A stretch of DNA of 64,000 nucleotides from Basidiobolus meristosporus CBS 931.73 (Eukaryota; Fungi; Basidiobolomycota). The notes beneath the pieces are model-generated. The model was not told the DNA's origin, searched no databases, and saw only the letters and a program-made list of their open reading frames with translations. Position numbers and translations under genes: made by a program. Below, one piece after another: positions 13,440 through 28,330 of this stretch. The stretch lies in assembly GCA_002104905.1 (NCBI GenBank), contig MCFE01000274.1, positions 1-64,000 of the forward strand. Reading direction: 5' to 3'. Each line of letters begins with the position of its first letter. Position 1 is the first letter of the stretch.

Positions 13440-16400
13440 TAGAGTACTGACCAAATTCCTTGTTAGGAGTTACTTAGAATATTTGCACCAAATAGCAGGT
13501 ACCCAGAACATGAAAATTCTCAGAGTTGTCCTAACAGCTCCAAACCTTACATACACAATCTTGGGACCTTCCTAAACCTATTCTATATGCTTATTATGCC
13601 AAGATTGTGTAAAAGTATAAGTACTACTTTGACACTCAATATGTCACAAGGTGAAATCACATAATATAGAGGAAGCCTCAAAGTATCAGCTGAAAGAACA
13701 AAGTGCCTTCAACTGCACTTGCCTTAATGTTACAGACCAATTGCTAATTGAACGCTATAGAGCAAAAACAGCAAAGAATGCCTGGAGGTCATTTGAAGAC
13801 ACCTACTAATCATTCTCAGCTGCTAAGAAAATGTATCTTTAACAAATATTTGTTACTGCAAAGAAGCAGCCATGAGAAAAAACAAAAAATCTGATTAACA
13901 GAATTACCCTGCAGGTGCGTGCTACTGAATTTGTGGGCATACCAACTTCTGATGAGAATGTGATGGTTACCATCCTGAATAGCATAAAAGACAAGTCTCA
14001 GGGCCTTGTAACAGCCCTGGAGTCCAGAACTAAATACTTGACCTTATATTACAAATATAGAAGGCTCCTGGATGAAGAATTAAAAAATCAAGCACCAACA
14101 AGAAAGAAGAAGAATAGGCTTGAGTAAGCAATGATAACCAGCAAATAATGTACCTAAGGCCTTTTGAAGCCAATACTAACCTGTTTTGCAACTACTACAA
14201 AAGGAAAGGACACACATCAGACTGTTGTCTCAAAAAAAGAGATGGTCAGCAGAAAAAGCCTGAAAATAGACTATTCATATCTGCACTAAATATGACCACA
14301 AGCAAGGATTCTTACATATGGTATGCCAATCTGGTGCATCTCAACACTTTACACATCAATAGGATCATTTAACCCAATATCAGGAAATTCCAAACAAGAA
14401 GGTTTTGATGGGTGACAACAGAATACTTGATGCAGTGGGAGAAGGAACTATCCAAGTAAACCTTAAAATCAGAGAAGGAAGTCAAATGCTTATTTGCAAA
14501 GAAGTACTCTATGCACCAGAAAAAGCCAAGAACCTCCTACCTGTAAGTAAGGACATTGACAAAGCACTCAGTTTTGGCTTATACAATTCTAGATGCAGGA
14601 TCACAGATCAAAATGGTGCCCATATTGCTTTGAGAATCAGGGATTAGTATCTGTACAAGCTAACCAATATTCCAGCATATCTAGAAGCAAATACAAGTAA
14701 ATTAAACAAAGATATACAATTGCATTGGCACAAAATATTTGGACATATTGATGTTGTTTATTTGCAAATAACAATCAAAGATCAGCTAATTTCTGGAGTC
14801 AAAGCTGATCCCCAAGCTAATTTGGAGCACTGCAAAGTCTGCGTATATGGGAAGCTAGCTAGACAACCATTTGAGATCTCTGGATTAATCACAACTAAGA
14901 AAAAGTAGATCAAATAAACTCAGATCCAAGTGGACCTATGCAAAGTTTATCCTTGTGCAGGACAAAGCATTTAGTCACTTCTATTGAAGATTATTCAAGA
15001 TATAAGTGAGTCTACTTCATGGGGAGAAAGAAAAAGGCTTAATCTAAGCACAGGGAGCTTGAATCCATGGTGGAGCAAGAAACTGGTGAAAATATTAAGA
15101 AAATACACTTTGAAAATGTTGGAGTATATATTGCAAAACTCTTCATCCACCTTCAAAAATTCATAGGATCAAGCAAAAGACTACTATACCAAACTCCCCA
15201 CAGCAAAATGGAGTAGTGGAATGTGCAAACAGATCAACAACTGATTTTGCAAAGTAGATCATCCTTGATCAAAAAGCACCCTATAACTTTGGGTAGAATC
15301 AGTTGCTAAAACTGTATACCTTAAAAATAGGAGTTTTAACAGAATACTTCATGATTCTATTCCATTTGAAGCATGGTATAAATACAAACCTAGTGCAGAA
15401 CATCTAAGAATATTTGGGTGTATATTGTATGCTAAGAAATTACCTGGAAATTATTCAAAGCTCAAGCTAAAATGTGTGAAATTCATACTTTTGGGCAACT
15501 GCAATGCAAATAAAGTATATAGACTATATAATATCAAAGCAAAGAAGCTAACCAAGCTCTGGGATGTGTAGCTTGATGAAAACTCAAAACTTTCACAAAA
15601 ATGACATGTGATGATGACAAAATCTGAGCTCAAGTCAAGCAATGGGCAGAGTTGAATCAATGCAAAACAATGAGATCCTTGTCATTCCAGAGGACTCTAA
15701 AACCATGTTTCAACTGGTATCAGTGCACAGGAATATCCAAGATGTGATCATTCCAGTATCAAAAGCCATGGGATCTAAACAGACCAGAAATAGCCCAAGT
15801 TACTATATAAATAAGGGCACAAACTATAGTAAAAATTAGTAATTCCACCTAAATATTCACCTAACTTAGTTGCTTCAACTATTACCTAAAAGCTCTAGCA
15901 AATACCAACCAAGCTCCTTGGTGGAATTTAGTGGAATTTCTTGCACCAAAATATCAGGTATCCCTAACATAAAAATTTGCAAAGTTGTCCAAACAGCTCC
16001 AAACTTTGAACACGTGTTTTTGGGACCTTCCTAAGCCTATTCTACATGTTTGGGGTACCAGGAACATGTAAAAGTATCAATATTACTTTTACATTCAATA
16101 AATCATCATGCAAAAACCAAATAATCACCTTGTCCTCCTAATTACTTCCAATATCTCCAAGACCCTTACAATACAAACTTAGTCTGTGCCTATTCAGTCC
16201 AAATTGATATATCACTGACTGTGAATAAAACCCAAAATAGCCCTTGAACAATGTTTTTGAGGTTTGCAATGACTGTTGAGTATTAGGCCCTGATGGAAAA
16301 TCAAACTTGGGACTTAGTCAAGTTTTCAGTTGACCAAAATCAATTGGATGCAGATGGGTTGTCAACAAAAAATACAATACTGATGGTACAATCCACAGAT

Positions 16401-17933
16401 ACAAAGCAAGACTTGTGGCCAGAGGATACTCTCAGACAAAAAGACTTGATTACACTGAGACCTTTGCATAAGTTGCCTAGTTCAATTCCATCAAATTAAT
16501 TGGGGCAGTTGCAGTCAAATATATGTTTTTATACATCATATGGATGCAAAACAGCATTTTGTATGGAGAACTTGATAAGGACATGCATAAGGATAACCCT
16601 GATGGGTTTGCTGCTCTAGATGCCCTCCCATGTGGCTTGCAAGCTTAAAAATCTTTATATGGACTTAAACTATCACCAAGAGCCTGAAATTGCAAGATAG
16701 ATTCTTATTTGGAATCTTTGAGTCTCCAAATGTGTACTGCTGACTGTAGTATCTACTCTAAGTCAGATGGAGCAAATCCAGCTCTATTAGCTCTACGTGT
16801 GGGTAATGTTATCATAGCCGCCAATAATTCAAAAGCACCAGAAGGAACTAAATGCATCTTATCTGAGGAGTTCAAGATGTCCAATCAGGGAGAACTCAGT
16901 TACTACATAAGTATAAAGTTCTCCATAGACAGAAGAATCCAGACTTTCATCCAAAGCAAGTCCATATTTTCACCAGAATATCAGATACTCTGAGGATGAA
17001 AATGCTCAATGTTGTTCTAACAGCCCCAAAGTTTGCACACATGTTCTTGGGATCTTTCTAAACCTATTCTATGTATTTGTTATGACAAGACCATGTAAAA
17101 GTATAACTACTACTGTCTCATGAAAAAAATCATTAAGTGAAACCTACATTATCCACTTCCTCTCCCAATCACTTGTAATATCCCTAAGACTCTTACAACA
17201 AATCCATAAATACTCAAGATATACTAAAGAAGTACTAAATGGAGGTCTATAAACTGGCAGCCAACCTAATGGTGATCAACCTTGACTTGGTCAAAACTCA
17301 ACCAAATCAAGCAAGCATGATGCCATTGGAAAGCCACAACCAACCTATCAGTCTATGGCTGGTAGTCTAATGCACATCATGATCAGAACATGTCCAAATA
17401 TCTCATATTCAGTGAGAGCTATCAGCCAGCACAATAAATCCTATTGAGCTGATGGTATTACAGCTGTTAAGTGGATTTTGAGATAACTGAAAGGAGCTGC
17501 TGATACTGGCTTGAGGTACACCTATCAGAGTTCAGAACAAGATTTTGTGAAGGTCACTGAGGACAAGATTTAGAAGACAGAAAATCCAACAGGATACATC
17601 TTTCCTTACTGCAAAGGAGCAATTTCACAGAATTCAAGATAACAGCCAGTCATGGCACTTTCTGCCACCAAGGCAGAGTATATTGCAGCCTGTAAAGCCA
17701 CAAAAGAAGCAATGTTGTTAAAAAACCTTTTTATATATTTAAGCTTATGTCAAATATTGGCTGTTACTTATTTTGTGATAATCAAGGATGTATACAATTA
17801 GGTAAAAATCCAATATTTCATGTAGGAACATAGGATAGTTAGATGTTAAACATCATTTCATATGTGAAGCTATAGAGAGTAACCTACTAAACTTAGTTTT
17901 CTGTCCTACAGACAAATTGATTGCAAACATATT
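13440..17933 (+). mobile_element. Highly degenerate copia element with nested LTRs, truncated in RNase H by a PHIS insertion
   Basis: Fragment ORFs 13915-16993 are homologous to gag, PR, IN and RT of the 5153-9660 copy. Confidence 0.85.
15825..16173 (+). repeat. Solo copia LTR with 5-bp TSD CAAAC
   Basis: LTR homologue flanked by CAAAC at 15820-15824 and 16174-16178; the host sequence resumes in register. Confidence 0.85.
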
Positions 17934-18809
17934 AGACTTGTTCCATTGGATAGTGCCACATAGTCACAGCATGATTCTAGTACCAGATCAATCTAGCACC
18001 CTATAGCACTATCTTGCACTCTAATTTCTACCATGATGCCAGTGGTAGGATACAGGTACTGGTAAATTTACTCAATTGTACTTATGCTGCTCAGAACAGT
18101 GCATTTCTTGCTTTATTTACTCATCATAATGCTCCAGACACATTTCTCTCTCAGTGGATGTCTTCTTGTACAAATATACTGTGCATTAATAAGTATCTTG
18201 GGTATTTTGTTTTTACTGCTGCTTTCTCCTATATGACTTTCCACTGTATTTACCTGCCAATATGCTGAATCACATTAGATATCTAGTTGTTTACTCTACT
18301 CTCAGCTTCTGTTTCCTGCTAAGAACACCATTCCTTGGCTTCCTGTAAGCAGTAATATATTCTAATCTCTGAAAATATACTCCTATATAAGCTACATCCA
18401 CCATACATGTTTCTCCTCTACTGAATCATGGATGTTTCTCTACCCAGAGTGCTCTGTCATACCTACTTCCAGCACACAGCCCACTAAGCCAGATTATATT
18501 GTTACAAGTCTTGGTATAAGAGTTGCTGAGGAATAGGGAGTTTAGCTAGTATTGTATTCACTAAAACTTGGACTGATCTTTATTGCAATTTCAGCAGCTC
18601 CTTATATATATTTTGCCAGAACAATTGCTGACTAATTGTATTTCCAAATGTAGGCTGTGGCTGATGACTTATTGGATTGCATCATCATCACCCAATAAGA
18701 TCCTACTTAGTATATCTATTTCTGTCTGATAAGGATCTGCTGATTCATTTGCTGATTAATGCTACTAATTTGATAGACAATACTGATATACTGATAACCT
18801 AAGCATATA

Positions 18810-19860
18810 ACTAAATGATTTGACTAAAAACTGATCTAATTTGAACATTTAAGTGGCAGATCATAACAATTGCTGTCAAATGTGTGAGATCTAGGGGACT
18901 TGCTCCGCAACTTAAACATATTATTATTACCCAAACACCAACACTAAGAATATCATCTTTCTGCAAAGAGAACATACAGAAGTCAGCATATAATTGCAGT
19001 AAAGTTGGCAAGCCATAAGCCATTTGCCCAAGTATTGAGTAAATTGGAAACCAGAGTTACTACAGATAGAGGATATCTGTTAGAGCAAAAGCTTTCCACT
19101 GGAAGAAATGGATTTGCTTTTTGAGCAATATACCTATACCAATGACCAAATTGTATTTGGGGCATATCAGGTTATATGAGCCCTTTGAGATACCAGAGAA
19201 ATTTGCAAGAATTGACAAGATATTACAGAGTACCCACTACTCTAAGTACTTCTCACAGGCTCTAATCAACATTTACATGCATATGTCACAATACAATTGC
19301 AAGGCTGGATGAACTGGTTATATATTTATTTAGGTGGCCTTCTGAATCCATTTCTACAAAAAGTAAAATGAAAGTATTGGGGGTCATAGTTGGTCATTTT
19401 GGCAATATGTATCAAGTAGCAGATCACCAATGCCAGTTTGACACATCTACAGCTTTTGGGCAAGGAGTATGTGATGGGATTTGAGTTGCTATACTGTAAA
19501 CATAAGCTGAATGAGTAGATCTCTGCCACTGCTGAATACATTTGCTATTCCATCCTGGCTTGGTGTGTTGAGAATATTGGACCTTGCCTCACCTTATGGG
19601 AGTATCCTATGTAGCAGATGTATGGGAAGATATGAAGGTAATTCAAGTTGCAGGTACTCCCTCATCCCAATCTCATCAAGAAAATTACCTTCAAGTATGT
19701 CATAAACATAATGTATTTGCGCATGGAGGACAGCCAGGAGGAGTTAAAAAATACTGAGGACAGATGTGCATATGGAGACACCTATGCCTATGGCATTAAG
19801 AAGCTACACCATTTGGTAAATTGGCACAGCAGCACTAGACAGAACTAGCTGTGGGCCACC
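18810..19860 (+). pseudogene. CACTA transposase fragments nested in PHIS copy 2
   Basis: Homologous to 48200-49230. Confidence 0.7.
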
Positions 19861-20841
19861 ATACCGCCATGCTAATGCAATCAGAGGCTCACAATGAGGC
19901 TGCCAAAACACAGTCATATTTTTGCCATATTAGGCAATTGGATGTACTGGCTGGATAGATCCACTCATATAGATCAGAGAGCAGTGAGACCGCATCAATA
20001 CTCTGCTAGCCTTGGCAAAACAACACTCAAACATCATTTTTTTTTACTTGACTAAGCAGTAAAATTGGCCAAATGCTGTTATGATCTTGTCATAAGGTCA
20101 TGTAAATGGTCATTGATTCCAAGCTGCTGGTGTCATTATGGTCTCCTGATAGGAACCCTATGGGATCCTGAGGGCTGATCCCAACTGGATCCACATGTGG
20201 GACTTAACTTGTTCAGTAGGGTCAAGTGGAGGTGATATATGTTGATTTGTCACATTTGGCTTAATTCACCTGATCTTCCATGCATTCTGATTAAATTTCC
20301 ATCAATTGTCATATATCCCATCATTAAGTTACAAAATTTGTCCTCAAACAGTGACTTGGCGATTTTACTGATGATTTACTTGCAAGTCCATAATCAAATT
20401 GGAAATCTGCAATTGATGTAATCTGATCTGTGTCAATGCAATCCAAAATGCTGCATGTATTACATATGGAATTTTCAACAGTCATATTAGTTTTCATATA
20501 TGGTTCCTAAAAGACTAGGTTGATGGCAATACATTACTGTATAAGTATTCTAGTCTGCCATTATGGTCCCTATACCAAGTTTTAGCTCATCAGTACAACC
20601 TAGACAAAACCTATCCCCCAGCTCACAAGCATGGTCAACACTAGAAAAGTTGATGTTGGATCCATTTGAGTTCTTGCCAATAATTCTAGTATGGCCCAAG
20701 TATGTATGATGAGCCTTTGTACAGATATTTTGGCACTACATATTAATCTAGCAGAACTGTGTACCTCAGAGAGTTGACAGCAATGAACAAATCAGAGTAG
20801 AAGGCTGTGGCATGAGTTCTACGTTAAGATAGCAGCAAATG

Positions 20842-21142
20842 TCCCTATGACAAAAAACTAAAAAATAGCCAGCAAAATACCATCATAATATCAGCAGAAT
20901 TCCTAATTTCTTGGAATTGACAACTCTCAGTATCTCTGTTATCAGCTGATGAGCACACAGGCCAACTAATTCTCCAGGCCAACAGGTATTCATGTCAAAT
21001 CTGCTAAATAGCTGCCCATTACTTCCATGAGCAATTGCACCTGAAATCTTCAACCAAAGTTACCAGCTGAATGCCAGCAAAACACTATAGGAATACTAGA
21101 TGAAAACCAAATGAATTCCAAGTTTGAGATTTTTCATAGGGG
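20842..21142. mobile_element. Candidate ~300-bp MITE
   Basis: Insertion absent from PHIS copy 1; ends (T/C)CCCTATGA(C/A)AAA form an inverted pair; non-coding; no clear TSD. Confidence 0.5.
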
Positions 21143-23301
21143 TACATGTAAAAAGTTATATAACAGGACAAGTATTGAAGTCAAGCATGAGCCTAGGGTG
21201 AGGGGATTGGATGATGAAGCCATGCGCTAATGATACCAAGCGCAAGTTGCACAGTGTGGGCTGGATGCATTGGATTCTGCCTCAAGTTTAAGAACAAAAG
21301 AGATTTTGAATGAGTTTTTGCATCAAATGACCAATGTACCAAGTGATATATTAGTTGAGCTAAGTGGCTTCTATGAGCAATTTACACAGGACTCATCAAG
21401 GCAACAATTCCAAAGTGTCAGACAGAAGGAAATTGCTTACCTTGAGGAATTAGAAGGTAAGGCTCAAGAGGAAGCACAAAGACAGCCAGCAAATGCATCT
21501 TAATTGTGCCAGCACACCTTGCTGGAAACCTTAACAGCCCCTGCCAAATCAGTGCACCAGCACATGTCAGTCCAATCTACACCAACACCCTTTGCAAAAG
21601 CCCCCCTTGTCAAGTTAATGTCCATCAGATCAACATGCATGCTTTAGATCAACAGGTGCACTTCAGAGCAAAACAAGCAGAACTTGCCAAACTGCTCATT
21701 TGGACACAAGTCCATTGGAGCAGGCTGGGTCACATCAACTTATAACATCACATCATACTCAGCTTAGGGCTACGCCAACACAGCAAGTTGCACCTGCGTG
21801 TGCCGTTACACCTGACAGCTAGCAAACTACTTCTGAAGAGCTGACAGAAAATGACCTGTTGAAATATTGGACTATTTAGTATTGTTCAGCAGCTAAAAAT
21901 TTACTTAGAAATTCTAGACTCTACATGGACACTGTAGGACTAATTTAAAGCCCTAACTTTGCCAGTTTCTTCATATCTATGATCCTATTATTACTCCCCT
22001 ATAGTCAAGATCAAATTAACACTTTTACCAACCATTAAGTAGTATTCTGAGAGCTGTCACAGTATGTTCCTGGATGTTGGGAAACCCTCCTTAGTGTTAC
22101 TGCCGCATTACTTCTACAAAGGGATGAATACTGAGCCTCTTTATGAATAAACTACAGCTCAACTATCATCACCATCTCTTGATAAGTTCCTTTTATCCAA
22201 ATTACTTCTTAAATTGCAACAGGACCCATATGAAGTGCCTCCACCACCAGAGCCTTTGGCAAGTAAAAGAACATGTCAGCACATGACACTCCAGGGTAGT
22301 TCCATTACATCATCTGGAGCAATTCAGTAATGCCAAGCTCAAGCATTGCACTTATCAACTAGGAGGCAAAATACTGACTACAAGTACCCAAGTAGCCAAG
22401 ATGGTGGTTAATAAGGAAGTAGTTCAGGTGAGAAAGTGATTAAGTACCAAATGCTTTGGTAGTCATCCCTGTGAAAAAAAATCTAGGAATTGATGCAATT
22501 GCATTGACTTGTTACCCTTTGTCATGATACAAACAACACATTTTTTTGCAATTTGAATCATGCCATTGCAAATCAGTGATCACAAAATTAATGATACAAG
22601 TGCTATCAATATTGTATCACATATGAGACAAGGCCCCCATAAAAAGAACCCTGCATATATATACATCATCTGTATCACCAGTGCAGCAATTTGATCTGAT
22701 TTGCACCTGCACAATTGATTGCATGCTATTTATAGCACCTTACCTAATCACTAAGATCAGGGAGTTACTTGCTCACTGGGCAAAATGGAATATATGATGG
22801 CAAATCAGAAACATCAAATTACCAGATTTTACCTACTACAGTAGTGTAATCTAATTGTGCACGTGATGTAAACATCAAAAGTAGGTGTAATCATTTGTGC
22901 CAACCTCATTGTGTCAGATTGTGCCATAGTGTGCAAGATTGTCCCACATAGTGCAAGACATCCTAGAGCAATGCTGCCAACTGGCAGCTACAATATTGTG
23001 CCCAATTACTCTTTGCAACTGTGTATTACACCACCCACCCTGGCTTGGTACAATGTAACAACTCTACTTACCAGGCTTTTTATAAGGTAGACCTACATGT
23101 ATCTTAAATAACCACCAAAAAGTGTGAAAAAATACTTCATTCCACTTGAAGATATACTTTACATAAGTGCACAGAAATTTAAGCAGATTAGATCAATTTT
23201 TTTTAGTTGTAAATGAAACAGAGCTCTGTAGTAGTTATCTGTTTGTTTTCCTCTATATTTAGGCTACATAGCACTGCAAACTAGATGAGGCATCAAGTTT
23301 C

Positions 23302-23990
23302 TGTTGTAGGAGTTATGGAGAAATTGGAAGTTATTGGGGCAAAAAGTGCACTAAATGTCTTTTACTTAATAGTTTATTAAGTATAAATGTAGTATATATA
23401 CTTTACATGGTCTTGGTATTACCAACACCTACAAAATGTCTAGGAAGGTCCCACAAGCATGTATGCAAAGTTTTAGGCTGCTTTGACAACTCTTGAAAAT
23501 TTCATGTTCTGGGTACCTGTAGTCATGGTGTAAATATTGTAAATGAATTGCAACATGGAGTTTGATAAGTATTCCCTAAGATTCAAAGGTGCTGATATGA
23601 GTGACTAAGTTAAGTGAATATTTTAGGTGGAACTACAAACTCTTTACAACACCAACATTCAACTATACATTAATACATACTACTCCTGGCTGTAACCTGA
23701 GTTATCTAAACTTGTCTCTTGCTAATGGCTTGGTAATTTTGTTTGCAATCATCTTGTCTGAAGGACAGTTAAGTAAGTTGACCAAGTTGCTCTCCAACAA
23801 TTTACATATAAAACAATATCTGATATCTGTTTACTTAACTCTAGTATAATGAGTTGGATTTCTACCTATTTGTATACATCCTTAATTATTTGAAATAATG
23901 TAATAGGCGCTTTTTAACATAAGCCCAAGTCTTTAAATGCTTTCTTAGCCACTTTGCTTCTTTTGTGGCTTCAGAGGCTACTGTACATGA
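23302..23990 (-). mobile_element. Copia 3' end: decayed RNase H plus LTR 23302-23651
   Basis: 350-bp LTR homologue on the minus strand, preceded by RNase H-like sequence. Confidence 0.75.
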
Positions 23991-23999
23991 CCCTCCCTC

Positions 24000-26900
24000 T
24001 TTATTTGCCTACCCACAACTATCATGGGTATGCCATGTATAGTTTGAATCAAAAAATACTATGGCCTCCTGCTTTCCAAACTCTACAAATGCGCACAGCT
24101 GCCACAATTCACATACTTCTATGACATCAACTTTATGGCTTTTTGGCGTGATACTTGCAAAGCTGCTGTATACCTTGTATTGCTGGTGACATATACAGCA
24201 TGCAGTCATATACTTGGTTGCCACCACTTCTGCCATGAATACCTCCTGAATATCTGCAAAGAGCTTTTTGGTATTTAGCCAATATACCCCTTCTCCCTGT
24301 TGGATTCTAGTCCCCCTTATAGATATGCTCTGGCTCTTGTTTGTGTGAATTCTGTAATGAATGGTGTGGTGATTGGCTTGTGACCAGGGAAAATTGGGCA
24401 TACCTTGGTTGAGTTATCCAAATGAAAGTTAGTTGCTTGTTGCACCCAACCCAACTTTATATTACTTAACTATTACCCTTGCTTTGTGGCTGCTTAGCAT
24501 CCTAATGTCATAGGCATAGGTGTCTTTATTTGTGCATCCATCCTCAGTATTAGCCTACTCTTCTTGGCTGTCCTCCATGTGGCAGCTCATTGGGCAGTGA
24601 TGAAGCATGGGCTAATATTCAAGAGGCTGTTGGATGTATAGCATGCCAACACCCTACAGCTGGCATTTTGCAGAACCATCAGGTACTCAAGGCAAAGCAG
24701 AATGTGCTTGACTTGCTCTATAGTAATTATTCTGGACTCAAACCAGCCAATGGATTTTGAGCCAGCATGGGTTGTCTAAGAAAGTATCTCAAGAATGGCA
24801 AAAACTATCCAAAGCAGAAGGATAAGAGTGCAATGGCTCACATCCAGCAGCTCCTGCTTGAGTCTGTTGGAAGCAGGAAAAAGAGCTCCAAGCAAGTGTC
24901 AAAGAGACATTGAACAGCTGGAAGAGTGACAATAATACAAAGCAGACAGACACAGATGCACCAGTACAACATTTAATGAGGAAAAAAGGTATTTCTACTC
25001 AGGAAGCACTGTCAATGTAGTAGTGAAGTGCCAGACAGTGATGAACACATGCAACTACCTCAGGAGCCTGTCACAGCATGGGCTGCAAGCTTCAAACAAG
25101 TAGAAAAGAAGCACCAAGTTGCCTGCAGAGTGCCAGCAAGGGACAAGCTAGCCAAAACAGATGCATCAGAGCAGAACTTATCAAGGAGAAAACATAGTCC
25201 AATACAAGAAGCACTCAGACAAAGTTAGAGTGAAAAACCTGGCAGTGATAAAGGAAAAGGTAAAGGGAAAAGAGTCTACCCAAGCCAGAGACAGGGAAGC
25301 GTAAAAAAAAAGCGGCAGTTCTTGCCAATCAACACTGTAAGCCTAGAACCAGACTGACTCCTATCATAGCCCAGAAGTATTAACAAAAAGAAAAGAGCTG
25401 TTTTCATAAGAGTTGAAAGCACAGCCAGCTAAGCTACATTTCAGTGAGGTAGAGGAGTTAGCAGAGAAAGGCAATTTGTCAACCACAGCCTTCATATCCT
25501 CAATTGTTGACAAAGTAGAGATCCCACAGACAGTGATAGAAAGTGCTATGGTTAGTTGCTTTCTTGATTTCCATAAAATTGCACCATTACAGTAAAGAAA
25601 GGTGTATCCTGAGGTTGATCTTCTGTGTTCCAAATTCTGTCCCCAATCAACATCAGAGTATCCCACAAGATCCTGTTCTGAATCCTTATAATTGTATCTT
25701 GTGCAGATATCAGCAGTTCCTTTTAGGTATAAAAAGATCTGCCTAACTGCTGCAATATGATCAGATTTTTGGCAGCATATGTATGGAAGTGAGTCATACC
25801 AAAGGGGAAATGGTGCTACATACATGTGTATATAGTGCTACAACTGTGTATATAATGCTTACTATGGCAGGTCATCATTGAATCTTACATTTATGTACAA
25901 ATGGACAACTGTCATGAGACTGGCACCATATGACCCAGAGACCATCCTGAAGCCAACATGTGTTGACAGTTACATAGCATTCACATCAGATAATGCCACA
26001 GTTGCAAAGTGTTCAGCTTGCCAGTAATACACCACATATGAAGTAGGGTGCAACAAGCAACTGATTTTTATTAGGACAACTTTACCAGAGTATTTCAGGT
26101 TTGTCATGGTCACAAGTTGATTTTTGTACCATTCAATATGGAATATACACAAACAGGAGCCAGAGTGCACCAATAAGGGTGACTAGAATCTAGCAGGGAG
26201 AAGGATATCTTGGCTAAATACTGAAGTGGTCTTTGCAGATAATCAGGCAGTATTCATAGCCAAAGTGATGGCAACCAAGCACATATCTGCAAGATGCATA
26301 TGTTACCACCAATGAAGGATATATATAGCAACTTTGAGGTGTCTCACTAAAGAGCTGTAGAGCAGAGGTGATAGAAGTCTAGCAATTGCAGCAGATGTAC
26401 ATGCATGTAGAGGTTTGTAAGCAGGATGCCATAAGATTCTTGATTCAAACTCCATCAGCAATACCCAGGGCAGTATTGGTATGTAAATAAAGAGGGGTGA
26501 TATTACAGTGATATATGAATGGCACAGGGGATATAGAAAAAGGTAATACAACTTGGTAAATTGGTATAGTGGCATTATACAGAGCTGGCTGCAGGCTAAA
26601 ATACCTCTGTTGAAATACTATCAGTGGCTCTCAATGAGGCTGTTGAAACACTGTCCTGTTTCTTTATCTTGAGGGAATGTTAAGATATTGAACTATTTAG
26701 TATCATTCAACAGCTATGATTGTTCCCAATGTCAGGATTAATTTAGCACTTGCACCAAACATGATGTATTACCCCAGAAACTTTTACAGAATGCTACTGA
26801 ATGCTGAGAAACCCTCCTTACTAAGTGTTACAGTTGTACTTCTTCTGCAAAGGTATAAATACTGAGTTTCTCCATGAATAAACAACAGCTAAATATTATC

Positions 26901-28330
26901 ACTATTTCTGGATAAGTTCCTTATATTCCAACCACTTGTTGAATTGCACCAGGTTACAAGCCCTAATTGCCTTATTTTATTCAAAAGAGGACTTCTACCA
27001 TCAAACAGAACTTTACAAATATCAAGCAGGGCCAAAGCTCCAAGCAAGCATCACAGAGACATCAAGTAGCTTGAAGAGAGCCTATAAGGGAAATGAAGGC
27101 AGATACAGATGAGCAGCAGAGCTTTTACTAAGGAAAAAGTGTGATCCTGCTCAAAAAGCACCCAGTCAAACTAGTAGCAATGGACCAAGCAGTGATAAAA
27201 ACAAGTGGCTACCTTAGGAGCCTGTAACAGCATAGGAAAAGATCTTGAAACTAGTGGAAACAAAGTGTCAGGTTGCCTACAGTGATAAAATAAAAGGTCA
27301 AGGGAAATTCTCTACCTAAGCTGGTGACAGGGAAGAGTGAGAAAAAAGATGCAGTCCTTGCCAACTAATGCCATAAGCCCATAACAGCCTGAATACCATC
27401 ATAGCCACAGAGAATTACCAACAAGAAAGCAGCTGGTTTCACAACAGTTGGAAGCGCAGCCAACTGAGCTATGCTACAGTGAGGTAGGTTAGTTTGCAGA
27501 GAAAGGCAATTAGTCTGCCACAACCTCCAGGTCCTCCATTGTTGGCACAGTGGAGATCCATTGGCAGACAAAGTAACAACATTCAGAACTTAATTAGATT
27601 AGCACAATGCCTTCAGTGGAGTTTTGGAACATTAATAGGCACACCAAAAGGTTGCAGCACTTCTTCAAGATCAGTGCTCAAGAAAATGCACCTGAATATT
27701 CCAAGGATTTATTGGAAAGACTGGCAGATGAGGTGCTAGACCTTGCAGTGCCAGCTGAAGACCAGGATGTATGGGAACCAGTGAATGAATAATGGCTTAA
27801 AGCCATATGGTTCCTGCTGAAGTCAAGGAAACAGAGAGTGACAGCAGAAATACTTATGAAGTGGTGGATTTTGATGATGTTGATTGCTGAGTATAGGGTT
27901 GGGCTTAATGTTAGTGCAGGTGTAGGGACTTCAGTAGGTCAATACAATTATCAATTGAGGTATAACTGAAGCTTCACTGGATATGAATCAACTTGTATGC
28001 ATAAAAAATAAGAAAACAGTTGAGTCAAAAAAGTATGGAGTGAGAAAAAGTGGCAATAGCCACTCTTTACACAAACATTGGAGGTGATAGAGTGTCTGGG
28101 ATCAGAAAGTGAGAAAATTGGCAGAGAACCAATCAAAAGCCACTTTTGTATTGTTGTGATGAGAAATTTTGATTAAATTTTAGTGAAATCTTAGATGCAA
28201 TCATGGGATCAATACCTCTTAGTTGTAGGACTTAGAATTTGCAACAGCCTTTTGACAGTGTGGTGGTTTTTAGGTCCAAGGGAGAGATATGACCAACATT
28301 TCTTAAGTGTTTTGTGTGGGGTATTCACTG
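24000..28330. mobile_element. Scrambled CACTA-like fragments in both orientations, with a copia RNase H piece at ~25530-25770
   Basis: Segments match 45800-47450 and 49250-49530 (e.g. GTRIQQGEGVYWLNTKKLFADIQEVF; EFWNINRH...LADEVL). Confidence 0.7.

Larger units (their letters stand above)
17934..23065. mobile_element. Second, decayed copy of the PHIS element carrying several insertions
   Basis: Starts AGACTTGTTCCATTGG. Blocks ~17934-18505, 20239-20841, 21143-21860 and 22224-23065 are colinear with 903-4335. Degenerate right TIR GTAACAACTCT. Confidence 0.82.

Noticed and set aside
25515-25545. CACTA ORF1 broken at nearly the same position as at 9661
   Set aside because: Only two cases with different junction partners; cannot be distinguished from chance.
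26493-26510. Possible right CACTA terminus (...TTACAGTG)
   Set aside because: Only about 6-7 bp match the putative left end and there is no TSD.
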